Shown in pieces: positions 9,618-18,343 of a stretch of 54,414 nucleotides of DNA; within the stretch, counting starts at the first letter, position 1, and each line of letters starts with the position of its first letter. The translations under genes were made by a program, and so were the position numbers. Source of the DNA: Candidatus Aerophobus profundus SCGC AAA252-L23. Its GTDB lineage: Bacteria; Aerophobota; Aerophobia; Aerophobales; Aerophobaceae. The notes below the pieces were generated by a model. The model had not been told where the DNA came from, ran no database searches, and worked only from the letters and a program-made list of their open reading frames with translations. Location: NCBI GenBank assembly GCA_000402295.1, contig AQRW01000183.1, positions 1 through 54,414 of the forward strand. The letters are read 5' to 3'.

Positions 9618-11255
9618 TCAGAGACTGGCACTTTTCATCATTGCCCATCCGGCGGGATCTTTTTCAGCACCCGAATAGTCTGCATCCGCAGCTTTTGCCT
9701 TGAAATGATCAATAAATTGATTTGCCAATCGTTTCCCGAACTGTACACCCTCTTGGTCAAAGGAATTAATATTCCAGATGAATCCTTGAAATGCAACTTT
9801 GTTTTCGTAATATGCCAAAAGCGCTCCCATGGAGAAAGCTGTCAACTTATCGGCCATGAGTATAGAGCTTGGACGATTTCCCGGAAACACTTTGTTGGGG
9901 TTATCATCGTCCTTCCCTGTGGCAAGCGCTGTGGATTGAGCAAGGAGGTTCGCAAGGAGCTTCTCTTGTGAAGTGGTTCCGTTGAGTCTAAGATCGATAC
10001 CTAGGTGGCTTTGACGGAAACCAATGAATTCAATGGGAATGATGATGTTACTTTGGTGAATTAACTGATAAAAAGCATGCTGTCCATTGGTTCCGGGTTC
10101 TCCCCAGACTACAGGACCGGTCGCATATTCAATAACTTCTCCCTGTCGGTTGATACGTTTCCCGTTACTTTCCATATCGAGTTGTTGTAAGTGCGCTACA
10201 AAACGGGTCAGCGCCTGGCTATAGGGCAAAATCGCCAGCGTATCATAGTTCAGAAAATTGCGATTCCAAATGCCCAGAAGCGCGTTTAGTAACGCAATGT
10301 TCTCGTGAACACTTCTTTCTAACGCATTCAAGTCCATTGCCCGGGCCCCACGTAGAATTTCCATAAAACAGCCATAACCAAGTCCAAATCCAAGGGCAAC
10401 GCCACCCACCATGGATGTGGCACTAAAACGGCCGCCGATGTAATCATACATGTGGAAAGTGCAAAGATATTTTTCTGGGTTGTCCATAGGGCTATTTTCT
10501 CCGGTAACGGCGATGAAATGTTTCTTGAGATCCAGGCCAGCTTTGGCAAATCTATCCGCGACGAGCTTTTCATTTGTTAAGGTTTCCAAGGTGGCGCCAC
10601 TTTTTGAAACGACGATGACGAGAGTTCTGAAAAGATTAAGCTCTTTGAGAACCCTAGCCGTGTCGTCAGGGTCGACGTTTGATACGAAATGCACCCTACC
10701 CTCATTATACCCATGATCCTGCAAAGCAAGATACAGAGCTCGTGGACCCAAATCCGAACCGCCAATGCCAATCTGGATCATATCGGTAAAGGATTCCCCT
10801 TGCTCATTCTTGATTATTCCGTTGTGAAGTCCATCAAGAAATTTCTTCAATTTCTCCAGTTGGACTTTGGCTTCTTTGACAGCATCTGCTTGTCTACTAT
10901 CGTATTTACATGGCAAATCGTCAAAGACATTGCGACTAGCTGTATGTAGAACTTGCCGATTCTCGGATTCATAACCTTTGATATGATTCATTATTTCGCC
11001 ACTCATCATCATGATATACTGGTCTACCGCGTGAGTTTCATCAGCCAACTGCTGGAGTATTGTTAATGTTTCATCTGTAATCTGCTGGGTGGCATACAGA
11101 AAATCAAAGCAAACTGCAGACGATTTCATCGCCCTCATCCTTTTGGGGGACAGAGCGTTTGGAGCAGTCAGGTCAAACGGATTCTCGGAGAGCATTTTGA
11201 GTTTTACGTAAGCTCCCATCTCTTGTGGATTGATCCTAGTAAGTTTCTCATTCAT
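9618..11255 (-). CDS. pgi: glucose-6-phosphate isomerase
   Basis: Long PGI-type ORF containing IGIGGSDLGP, SKSG.T.ET and GEPGTNGQHAFYQLIHQ motifs. The start is set at ATG 11255 after AAGGAG; the track ORF uses an upstream TTG at 11288. Confidence 0.9.
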   Translation of the reverse strand: MNEKLTRINPQEMGAYVKLKMLSENPFDLTAPNALSPKRMRAMKSSAVCFDFLYATQQITDETLTILQQLADETHAVDQYIMMMSGEIMNHIKGYESENRQVLHTASRNVFDDLPCKYDSRQADAVKEAKVQLEKLKKFLDGLHNGIIKNEQGESFTDMIQIGIGGSDLGPRALYLALQDHGYNEGRVHFVSNVDPDDTARVLKELNLFRTLVIVVSKSGATLETLTNEKLVADRFAKAGLDLKKHFIAVTGENSPMDNPEKYLCTFHMYDYIGGRFSATSMVGGVALGFGLGYGCFMEILRGARAMDLNALERSVHENIALLNALLGIWNRNFLNYDTLAILPYSQALTRFVAHLQQLDMESNGKRINRQGEVIEYATGPVVWGEPGTNGQHAFYQLIHQSNIIIPIEFIGFRQSHLGIDLRLNGTTSQEKLLANLLAQSTALATGKDDDNPNKVFPGNRPSSILMADKLTAFSMGALLAYYENKVAFQGFIWNINSFDQEGVQFGKRLANQFIDHFKAKAADADYSGAEKDPAGWAMMKSASL

Positions 11256-11384
11256 AATATCATTACTCCTTCGCTGTGTAATATTCAATCACCACCCTGG
11301 ATACCAATTATCTGGCGAAAGTTTACTACGCTAAATTTGGAAACTTTGAACTGTATTAGGTTCCAGAAGATTTTTGTGTATATA

Positions 11385-12164
11385 CTAAACGGTGATTTTT
11401 TCTACTATGTCAAATAGCTTTTTCTCAGTCTCATCCATCTCTTCAAGTTGGAGAGCAACCCGGGGTCGGCCTCTTTTTCCGGTGAAGAATATGGTGGTTG
11501 ACTCTCTTATGTTTTCTAAATGATAGAGAATATCCTCCAGACTCATCTTCATCCCGGCATCAAAGATTCTTTTCCTTAATCCCTCAGCTAATAATAGTCC
11601 CAATAGACAGATAAAAGTATGCACCTTTATCTTCTGATCGGTCCAGTGAAACTGAGGTCTTACCGCCAGATAATACGGATTCTTGAGGTGCCGGAACAGC
11701 TTCTCAATCCTTCCTTGTCCGTGATAGGCTTCCATGATTTCGGCATCAGTCCACTCTCCTCGGTTGGTGAAGAGAAGCTTCTTTCCGAAGATATCCTCAA
11801 TGATCCTCTCCTTCTTTCTCTCATCAATCTGGTAGTCTATGTCAAATCCACTTCTCCTTCCTTGATTCTCATGTATGGTGACCCTGATTACCTTCTTGAT
11901 AAATTGGCCGGAAAGGAGCCTGGTTATTTGCCTTTCTAACCTGTCTCTATTTCTTCTCTTCGCCTTGGGGGAGGCAAGTTTCTCCTTAAGGTCCGCTAAT
12001 GCTAAAGTTTTCTTATTGATGTCTCTGAAAAGGCCTCGGATCTGACCCTCTTTTAGTTTATCGCTTCTCTTAATCAGGATAGTATGCTTGCCTCCCCGAA
12101 TCTTGACTTTCTTGAATCTACTGCTGGTGGCAGGAATACTCTTGTTCCCGATTATTGAACTATC
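11385..12164 (-). pseudogene. 5'-truncated IS1634/IS4-like DDE transposase (C-terminal ~259 codons only)
   Basis: The frame is open from 12164 (preceded by an in-frame TAA at 12165-12167) to the stop at 11385. There is no start codon before Met at 11735. The C-terminus YHGQGRIEKLFRHLKNPYYLAVRPQFHWTDQKIKVHTFICLL matches the IS1634-type Glu-region motif. Confidence 0.65.
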
Positions 12165-12504
12165 TTAAGAAGCGTTTTTATTACATATGTCAAGTAGCAC
12201 CATCTGTTACGAGGTTAGCGGACACGAACTTTTACGAATTATCCCTCAAAAAGAGATACCGGTTGGTAAAATATTTCCATGGCGCATCTATATAAAAAAC
12301 CGGGATTATCCCAGCAACTGATTTCTCTCCACTTTTCGAAGTGACTCGTATTCTCTCTCCACCTCATATTACCGGTCAAGACGATGCCATGGAGTGGCCA
12401 GATTTTGTGACCATATTGTGACTATAACTTGCACAAAACCGTGATAAGTAATGGGAACAATGGGACTGATAAAAAATGCAAAATGCCGATTGGGAGGGAA
12501 AAAC

Positions 12505-12581
12505 TGGTGGGCTGTACAGGAATCGAACCTGTAACCTACGGATTAAGAGTCCGTTGCTCTGCCAAATTGAGCTAACAGCCC
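12505..12581 (-). tRNA. tRNA-Lys (anticodon CTT), CCA encoded
   Basis: The reverse complement GGGCTGTTAGCTCAATTTGGCAGAGCAACGGACTCTTAATCCGTAGGTTACAGGTTCGATTCCTGTACAGCCCACCA folds as a cloverleaf. Anticodon loop is CTCTTAA. Confidence 0.9.
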
Positions 12582-12586
12582 CTGGC

Positions 12587-12664
12587 TGGGGTGAGCGAGG
12601 GGATTCGAACCCCCGACATCTGGAGCCACAGTCCAGTGCTCTAACCAACTGAGCTACGCCCACC
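12587..12664 (-). tRNA. tRNA-His (anticodon GTG) with extra 5' G, CCA encoded
   Basis: The reverse complement is GGTGGGCGTAGCTCAGTTGGTTAGAGCACTGGACTGTGGCTCCAGATGTCGGGGGTTCGAATCCCCTCGCTCACCCCA. Anticodon loop is CTGTGGC. Confidence 0.9.
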
Positions 12665-12667
12665 ATA

Positions 12668-12743
12668 TGGAGCGGGGAACGGGATTCGAACCCGCGACAA
12701 TCGGCTTGGAAGGCCGAAGCTCTACCAACTGAGCTACCCCCGC
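12668..12743 (-). tRNA. tRNA-Gly (anticodon TCC), CCA encoded; integration target of the island
   Basis: The reverse complement is GCGGGGGTAGCTCAGTTGGTAGAGCTTCGGCCTTCCAAGCCGATTGTCGCGGGTTCGAATCCCGTTCCCCGCTCCA. Anticodon loop is CTTCCAA. Confidence 0.9.
12708..12743 (-). repeat. left copy of the 36-nt island direct repeat (tRNA-Gly positions 1-36)
   Basis: ggaaggccgaagctctaccaactgagctacccccgc recurs at 35475-35510 with a single mismatch (12718 a versus 35485 t). Confidence 0.85.
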
Positions 12744-12764
12744 TAATGCCTTATTATCAATTAC

Positions 12765-13805
12765 TTACAGTTCTTCAGTTCTTACTGGTTTTTCTTCCAG
12801 TGTCCAAATAGTGTCCATTCCACTGCACAATCTCTCCACTACCCGCCGCTTATGACCTGGTGAGAGATGAGCATACCGTAAGGTCATGGTAATCGATCGG
12901 TGACCCAAGAGCTCCTGTACTGTCTTCAAATCCGCCCCCGACATCACCAAATGCGAAGCGAAAGTATGCCGCAAATCGTGGAACCTGAAGTTCTTGATTC
13001 CAGCTCGCTTCAGGGCTGACTTGAAGCTCTTGGTGATGTCCCCGTAAGGCCGTCCCTTACGATTACCGAAAGCGTAACTGTCCCCTGTTTTTTCTCGGAG
13101 AAGAAACAAAGTTTGATAAAGAACACTATTTATGGGGACTTCTCGCCTATGTCCCCCCTTAGCTCTTATAATATATATCGTTTTCTGCCCTAAGTCAATA
13201 TCATCCCATTTCAAGTTCAGAATCTCTCGCTTGCGCATTCCTGTATTCAGTGCAGTAATAACTATTGGTCTCAAATGGTCCGGGCACGTTCTTACTAATC
13301 GACTGATTTCATCTTTCTCCAAATAACGCACCCGGCCACTGTCTTCCTGAAACAGCTTGACCTCATTCACTGGATTCCTGTCGGCTTTCCCCCAACTAAT
13401 TGCTTTGTTGTACAAAGCTTTGAGAAACTTCACTTCAATGTTAACGGTCCGAGAAGTAACCTGCCCTACCCGCTCCTTTTTGTAGTTCTCTATATCCAGG
13501 GGTGTAATCTCATGCAGATATTTGTGGGCAAAATAAGGACTGAGATTCTTAATGCATGTCTCATCCCGGGCCCAGGATCGCTTATTCGGTTTGGCATACG
13601 TTTCCAAATAGATCTGGGCCATATCCTTGAAGATCACTCTGGGAGTCTTCCTAATATCGAAGAACTTCCCCTCGGCAACCTGTACCTTCCGTTTCTTGAG
13701 GACCAACTCGGCCTGTCTTTTGTTGGGACCAACCTTCTCTCGTTTCCTTCGGCCGTTGGCATAGTAGTCGATGTACCAGTGTCCATTCTTCTTGAAGACT
13801 CCCAT
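12765..13805 (-). CDS. int: tyrosine recombinase / phage-type integrase
   Basis: 346 aa. The C-terminal HDLRHTFASHLVMSGADLKTVQELLGHRSITMTLRYAHL carries the R..HxxR..Y catalytic signature. The stop lies 21 nt from the tRNA-Gly 5' end. Confidence 0.95.
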   Translation of the reverse strand: MGVFKKNGHWYIDYYANGRRKREKVGPNKRQAELVLKKRKVQVAEGKFFDIRKTPRVIFKDMAQIYLETYAKPNKRSWARDETCIKNLSPYFAHKYLHEITPLDIENYKKERVGQVTSRTVNIEVKFLKALYNKAISWGKADRNPVNEVKLFQEDSGRVRYLEKDEISRLVRTCPDHLRPIVITALNTGMRKREILNLKWDDIDLGQKTIYIIRAKGGHRREVPINSVLYQTLFLLREKTGDSYAFGNRKGRPYGDITKSFKSALKRAGIKNFRFHDLRHTFASHLVMSGADLKTVQELLGHRSITMTLRYAHLSPGHKRRVVERLCSGMDTIWTLEEKPVRTEEL

Positions 13806-13853
13806 CTACCCCTCTCTTGCTACTCCAACATCAGGAGAATCTCACGTCCTCAA

Positions 13854-14042
13854 TCAGTACCACTTATCTTCCTTGAAGCTGTTATCCTCAAGCCAGCGCT
13901 GTATTTCACTCAGGCTAAACCTCGTGAGTCTCCCGCACTTCACGTAGGGAATTCTCCTCTGGCTTACCCAACAGTAGAGTGTGTTAACACTCAAACCCAG
14001 TACCCCCGACAGCTCCTTGACACTCATCAGTCTGGCACTCAT
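13854..14042 (-). CDS. xis: excisionase-family (AlpA/MerR-like HTH) DNA-binding protein
   Basis: 62 aa. MSVKELSGVLGLSVNTLYCWVSQRRIPYVKCGRLTRFSLSEIQRWL is the typical excisionase HTH_17 pattern. It lies directly upstream of int. Confidence 0.75.
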   Translation of the reverse strand: MSARLMSVKELSGVLGLSVNTLYCWVSQRRIPYVKCGRLTRFSLSEIQRWLEDNSFKEDKWY

Positions 14043-14205
14043 CGTTTCCTCCTTTCGTTTGACAAATTCGTATTCTTTTGTAAGGTAGTATCAGTTTCAT
14101 TTGATTCTCTTGAAAGAGTCATTTTACTTTCTATTTATGTCAGTGTTATTTTATACTAATATAAACAAATGTCAAGTGTTTATATAACAACAGAAAGATA
14201 AAGAA
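14043..14205. promoter_or_regulatory. divergent xis / XRE-regulator control region with direct repeats
   Basis: AT-rich 163-nt spacer between divergent genes. It contains TTGACA (14059-14064), 16 nt, then TAAGGT. It also contains two copies of ATGTCA(A)GTGTT(T)AT, at 14137-14149 and 14169-14183. Confidence 0.35.
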
Positions 14206-14565
14206 ATGGAAATTGGGGACAGAATAAGGTTTGAGCGTGAAGAACTGGGATACTCACAAAGACAACTTGCCGGACTATGTGAGATCAGCCCCCAGTACCT
14301 GGGTCAGATCGAAAAGGGCAGAATTCTCCCCCGAGCTGATTTGATAGACAGATTGTCCGGCATACTCGGCGTTACCGCAGACTACCTAATTAGAGGTGGC
14401 AAGAGAAAACTCGCGTCCGGCATTGACCCTACCCTAAAGAAAGCCTTCCAAAAACTCCTGGCCGAAAAGAATTCTAAGAAGAAAATTATAGTCTTGAATT
14501 ATCTGAGATCATTAAATAATAACCTAAAGAAAAGAACGCAAAGAAACAAGCAACAAGACGGTTAG
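14206..14565 (+). CDS. XRE-family helix-turn-helix transcriptional regulator
   Basis: 119 aa. IRFEREELGYSQRQLAGLCEISPQYLGQIEKGRILP is a classic HTH_3/XRE motif. Confidence 0.8.
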   Translation: MEIGDRIRFEREELGYSQRQLAGLCEISPQYLGQIEKGRILPRADLIDRLSGILGVTADYLIRGGKRKLASGIDPTLKKAFQKLLAEKNSKKKIIVLNYLRSLNNNLKKRTQRNKQQDG

Positions 14566-14709
14566 AAAGACCAACGTGGATCCCCTTTCCGGTTCAGTAG
14601 ATTGCGACAGTACATTGGTCCTTTTTCCAAGCAAGGATCTTCATTATCACTGACGCCAAATAACGATTGTCGTTTTTCGTACCACTTCGGAAATCTTTAG
14701 GAGGCAAGG

Positions 14710-15819
14710 ATGGACGCTATAATCTCATGCATTGAAGACCTTAGGATTAAACTGGACAGGCACCGGAAGCACAGCCTCAAGGAGTATCCAACAAGGACAA
14801 TATTCATAGACCCATTGCTGCAGGTCCTTGGCTGGGAGATAAGAGATCCAGACGAAGTAGAACTTGAGTATCCCACCATAGATGGAAAGTCAGTTGACTA
14901 CGCACCCAAAATAAACCGTAAACCTGTTCTATTCATAGAGGCAAAACCATTGAATGACCCACTGACAGATGTGAAATCAATCACCCAAGTAGTCGGTTAT
15001 GCTGCTAATGCCGGTATTGAATGGTGTATTCTTACCAATGGTGTTACATATAAGATCTATCATAGTACAGAAAAGGCAGAGGCCCCTGATAAGTTGCTTT
15101 TTGAAATTTCTCTCGATCCAAAAGAAACCCAGGACATGTCCATCCAACAGGTTACAGAGCGATTTGCCCGTTTCTCACGTGAGGCAATGGCTAAGGGTTT
15201 ACTTGACGAGCTTGGCGAACAAATCTTTACCACAGGAAAAATAAGAAAGGCTTTGGACAAACTCTTCATGGAACCTCCCCGCACACTAATCAAGCTCATA
15301 CGCTCAAAGACTAGAGATGATAGTATCAAACCAACGCAGGTAAAAGACGCCCTCAAAAGACTCTGGGCTCAAACATCAGAAATTGAGGTATCCGCAACTT
15401 CTGGATTTACCGGTCAACCCGTGGTTCTTGATGAAACAAGAGTGAAAGCCAAGGAATATGGTGAGGAGCATCACCTAAAGGGGAAACCTCGAGAGGTTGT
15501 GGAGCTATTTCGAACAATTGACAAGTTCTGTAGAGAATTTGACCCAACCAATGTTCACAGAAAGTATCTTGCTAAGTATGTAAAGTATAGTCATGGCAAG
15601 AACATCTTCTGCTCTGTTCACGTTCAGAAGAATGGGCTGCGTGTTTGGTTAAAGCTGAAATACTCTGACTTAGAGAGTCCTCCTGAATACGCCCGTGATG
15701 TTTCAAACATTGGCCACTGGGGAGTGGGTAATGTTGAGCTGGGAATCGATAATCTGGAGAGATTCCAAAATGCTAAGGCTTTGATACAGAAATCGTTCGA
15801 GGAGAACAGGGCAAAGTGA
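14710..15819 (+). CDS. HsdR_N-like (PD-(D/E)xK type) N-terminal domain protein with DUF5655-like C-terminus
   Basis: AGGAGG RBS. The N-terminus has ..RTIFIDPLLQVLGW...VELEYPT.DGKSVDYA....KPVLFIEAKPL...GIEWCILTNGVTYKIY. This is the type I restriction enzyme R N-terminal domain pattern (D...E.K). C-terminus: KYVKYSHGKNIFCSVHVQKNGLRVWLKL. Confidence 0.5.
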   Translation: MDAIISCIEDLRIKLDRHRKHSLKEYPTRTIFIDPLLQVLGWEIRDPDEVELEYPTIDGKSVDYAPKINRKPVLFIEAKPLNDPLTDVKSITQVVGYAANAGIEWCILTNGVTYKIYHSTEKAEAPDKLLFEISLDPKETQDMSIQQVTERFARFSREAMAKGLLDELGEQIFTTGKIRKALDKLFMEPPRTLIKLIRSKTRDDSIKPTQVKDALKRLWAQTSEIEVSATSGFTGQPVVLDETRVKAKEYGEEHHLKGKPREVVELFRTIDKFCREFDPTNVHRKYLAKYVKYSHGKNIFCSVHVQKNGLRVWLKLKYSDLESPPEYARDVSNIGHWGVGNVELGIDNLERFQNAKALIQKSFEENRAK

Positions 15820-16035
15820 AAACGGTTTTATCTCCTCTGTAGCAGAGTTAAGCGGGCACATGCTTTTACGAGTCCCGGCAGCTGACAGCGATATTCTTAC
15901 CATTTTGATTTCTACCCTTTTTAAGTTTCTATGGTCACATCTTGATTTCATTTTACTATTTTTCATATAACATTTGAATTTACTGGATGCCAAACCGCAA
16001 GCGTTTTGGCTCCGTGTGATAATACCTGATGTGCC

Positions 16036-17070
16036 TCATTTTACTTTTTCGAGATCAGTTTTTAATACATTAATAATGAAATCTATAGCCTTATAATTGT
16101 AAATGCTAGGAGTTGCAGAAGGAATCACACCAGTTTCTTTATATTCATCTTCTTGTCTCTTATTCCTGAAGTTGTAAGCAGAATAATCTGTGTTGCTTTT
16201 AAGTTGGTTTTCCTTTATCGCAACCCAAACATTTTGATTACTCACTTGTGAAAGGCGCTTCTTAATTTCATTTGCAAGTTCCATCGCAGAAAGTGGATAT
16301 TCCTTTAGCAAATTTTCTTTAATTTTCTTAACCACTTCTACCATATCAACAGGCACAACATCACCAGTAAGCTTAAGAGTAGCTCCTCCCTTTTTCTCTG
16401 CAAATCGACCCTCTTTTATGAATTTCAACTTATTTGCTAAATTTTGATCCAGTACTAGAATTTTCGATTGGTCTATTTCGATTAACGATTTTTCGGTATC
16501 CAAGATAGCAGCGTTTTGTGGACCTGCTCTGCCAATTTTAGACATTAGATTTAACCATTGGGTATTATTTTGCTCAACCCTTCGTACAATTATATTCTCG
16601 AGTTCTGCATACTGGATTTTCTGCGTTCTGCCACCATATCTATAATAGACTTCGCCATTTCTTATTACTTGATTCTTGCCTTCATCCTTTTTTGCAATTA
16701 CTGGTTTGATTTGAGCTTCATGAATATAGAAAACACCGAAATTCTTACCATTATGATCAATAACGGCTTGTTCCCATCGAATATCTGATGAAAATATGTC
16801 AATTAGGAAACCTGTAATTCTTGCAGGCTCAATTCTATCGAATTGAGCCAACGAATTGGAGCTCAAACCAATTGGTATCCGAGGAGAATCCTTGACACCA
16901 AATATTATGTAACCACCTCTATTATTCGCAAATCCAACAAAATCACGAAAGTAGTCTCCTAAACCGGAAAAGTTGAACTGCTCCTTGAATTCCAATTCTT
17001 GACCTTCTCTATGATAGAGATAGTCACCTTCGGTCCTCAGCATTTCAACAATATGCTTTTCATCCATCAT
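16036..17070 (-). CDS. AlbA_2 (Schlafen-like divergent AAA) domain protein
   Basis: 344 aa. The N-terminal REGQELEFKEQFN...FRDFVGFANNRGGYIIFGVKD matches the AlbA_2 putative DNA-binding domain signature. Confidence 0.6.
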   Translation of the reverse strand: MMDEKHIVEMLRTEGDYLYHREGQELEFKEQFNFSGLGDYFRDFVGFANNRGGYIIFGVKDSPRIPIGLSSNSLAQFDRIEPARITGFLIDIFSSDIRWEQAVIDHNGKNFGVFYIHEAQIKPVIAKKDEGKNQVIRNGEVYYRYGGRTQKIQYAELENIIVRRVEQNNTQWLNLMSKIGRAGPQNAAILDTEKSLIEIDQSKILVLDQNLANKLKFIKEGRFAEKKGGATLKLTGDVVPVDMVEVVKKIKENLLKEYPLSAMELANEIKKRLSQVSNQNVWVAIKENQLKSNTDYSAYNFRNKRQEDEYKETGVIPSATPSIYNYKAIDFIINVLKTDLEKVK

Positions 17071-17124
17071 TAACTCAAATTATTAAAGAATAATGAATTA
17101 ACAAATCAGGCATATAACATGTTA

Positions 17125-17865
17125 TTAGACATCGCCTACCCTGATCTGAGATTCCTCGATGAAATGCATGAATTCCTCTCCCAGCTCGGAAAGTCTCCTT
17201 GCCATACATCCTTGCGTGGTCATCGTCGTATGGAGACCGGGGGTCCTAGTTAGACCATGCGTGTTTACATCTTGCCAAACCTGGTCGTAGAAGGAACGCT
17301 GATTACACAGTTCAGGATATGCGCTCTCCAGAATAGAAGAAAGCCCTCCGATGTAAAGATTGGGGAACTGATGATTATGGAGCTTTGCCCATTTTAGGGG
17401 ATCCTGGAACAGCTTCATCAGGCGAAGGTGCCACACGGTGAAAGTATCAATGAGGTATAGAAAGAACTGCTGACGTGACTCCTCGGGAGGATGGGGTAAC
17501 GCAGAATTAAGAATCGCATTACGGAGGGCGCACCTTTTCCCCTCCTGGCTAGTTCTCATGGCAATTTGGCTGGCGGTGAGTACACAATCAAGGAATACGT
17601 CATTCCCCCTGAGTTCCTCGAGGTCAATTCCGTGATTGTCCTCGAGCGAGCGCAAGGCGTCCCCGACTTGCTTCATCCACTCCTTGCGCCTGAGTTCGAG
17701 AGGAGGTTGGACTATTGCAGAGAACAGCTCAGCGCCGGCACCGCCGACAAGAGGAATCGATGAGATTCCCGCCCTGGCTATCATGTGCACAACGTCTCCT
17801 GGTACAGGTTCGGCGGGTTGATACTTGGCCGTGCCTTGGTCTTTGCCTGACTCTTTCTTACTCAT
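17125..17865 (-). CDS. hypothetical protein (246 aa)
   Basis: Clean ORF co-oriented with neighbouring defence-type genes. No motif recognised with confidence. Confidence 0.45.
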   Translation of the reverse strand: MSKKESGKDQGTAKYQPAEPVPGDVVHMIARAGISSIPLVGGAGAELFSAIVQPPLELRRKEWMKQVGDALRSLEDNHGIDLEELRGNDVFLDCVLTASQIAMRTSQEGKRCALRNAILNSALPHPPEESRQQFFLYLIDTFTVWHLRLMKLFQDPLKWAKLHNHQFPNLYIGGLSSILESAYPELCNQRSFYDQVWQDVNTHGLTRTPGLHTTMTTQGCMARRLSELGEEFMHFIEESQIRVGDV

Positions 17866-17946
17866 AAGTCCCTCACAAGAAAATGGCGATACCCAACATC
17901 TGAATTAAGTGACGCCAACCGATCGGCGCCCACTTGGGTGAATTTG

Positions 17947-18246
17947 TTAGACCATATCCTTACCATGACCGATTCTATTCCAGGCCTCTCTAAATTCCTC
18001 AGTATCATATGAGAAAGGTTGAAGCCAATATGAAATACGCCCATCTTTTTCCCCTCTATGTGCCCTGTCTTTGACTTCACATGGCCTTATGATAAATGCA
18101 TTGGGTATACCTATAACATCATTCACAATGATCCAGAAATCGCCCATAGTTTTTTCCAGATTAGTCCCAAGGGATACAGGATTACTTTTGTTCAGTGCTT
18201 TAACTTGAATCCCTATGAAACGAGAGACAGGCGATAGCACATGCAA
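17947..18246 (-). CDS. hypothetical protein, possibly a 5'-truncated PD-(D/E)xK-like remnant (99 aa)
   Basis: The ORF opens with ..FIGIQVKAL, which is (E/Q)xK-like. Upstream there are only 7 in-frame codons before a stop, and no preceding Asp-containing strand. Weak call. Confidence 0.3.
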   Translation of the reverse strand: MHVLSPVSRFIGIQVKALNKSNPVSLGTNLEKTMGDFWIIVNDVIGIPNAFIIRPCEVKDRAHRGEKDGRISYWLQPFSYDTEEFREAWNRIGHGKDMV

Positions 18247-18343
18247 TAAAGGCCGATGTTCCCTACTATTTGATCATCTCATTCATTATTCTATGTAGTC
18301 TAACACCCTATTCAGATGGCCTAACCCGTTTTCAATGATACAC

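Noticed and set aside
12376-12666. 96-aa minus-strand ORF
   Set aside because: It runs straight through tRNA-His and tRNA-Lys. It is an artefact of translating structured RNA genes.
13512-14159. 215-aa plus-strand ORF
   Set aside because: It is antisense to the integrase and excisionase genes, which have strong family signatures. It has low-complexity, non-protein-like composition.
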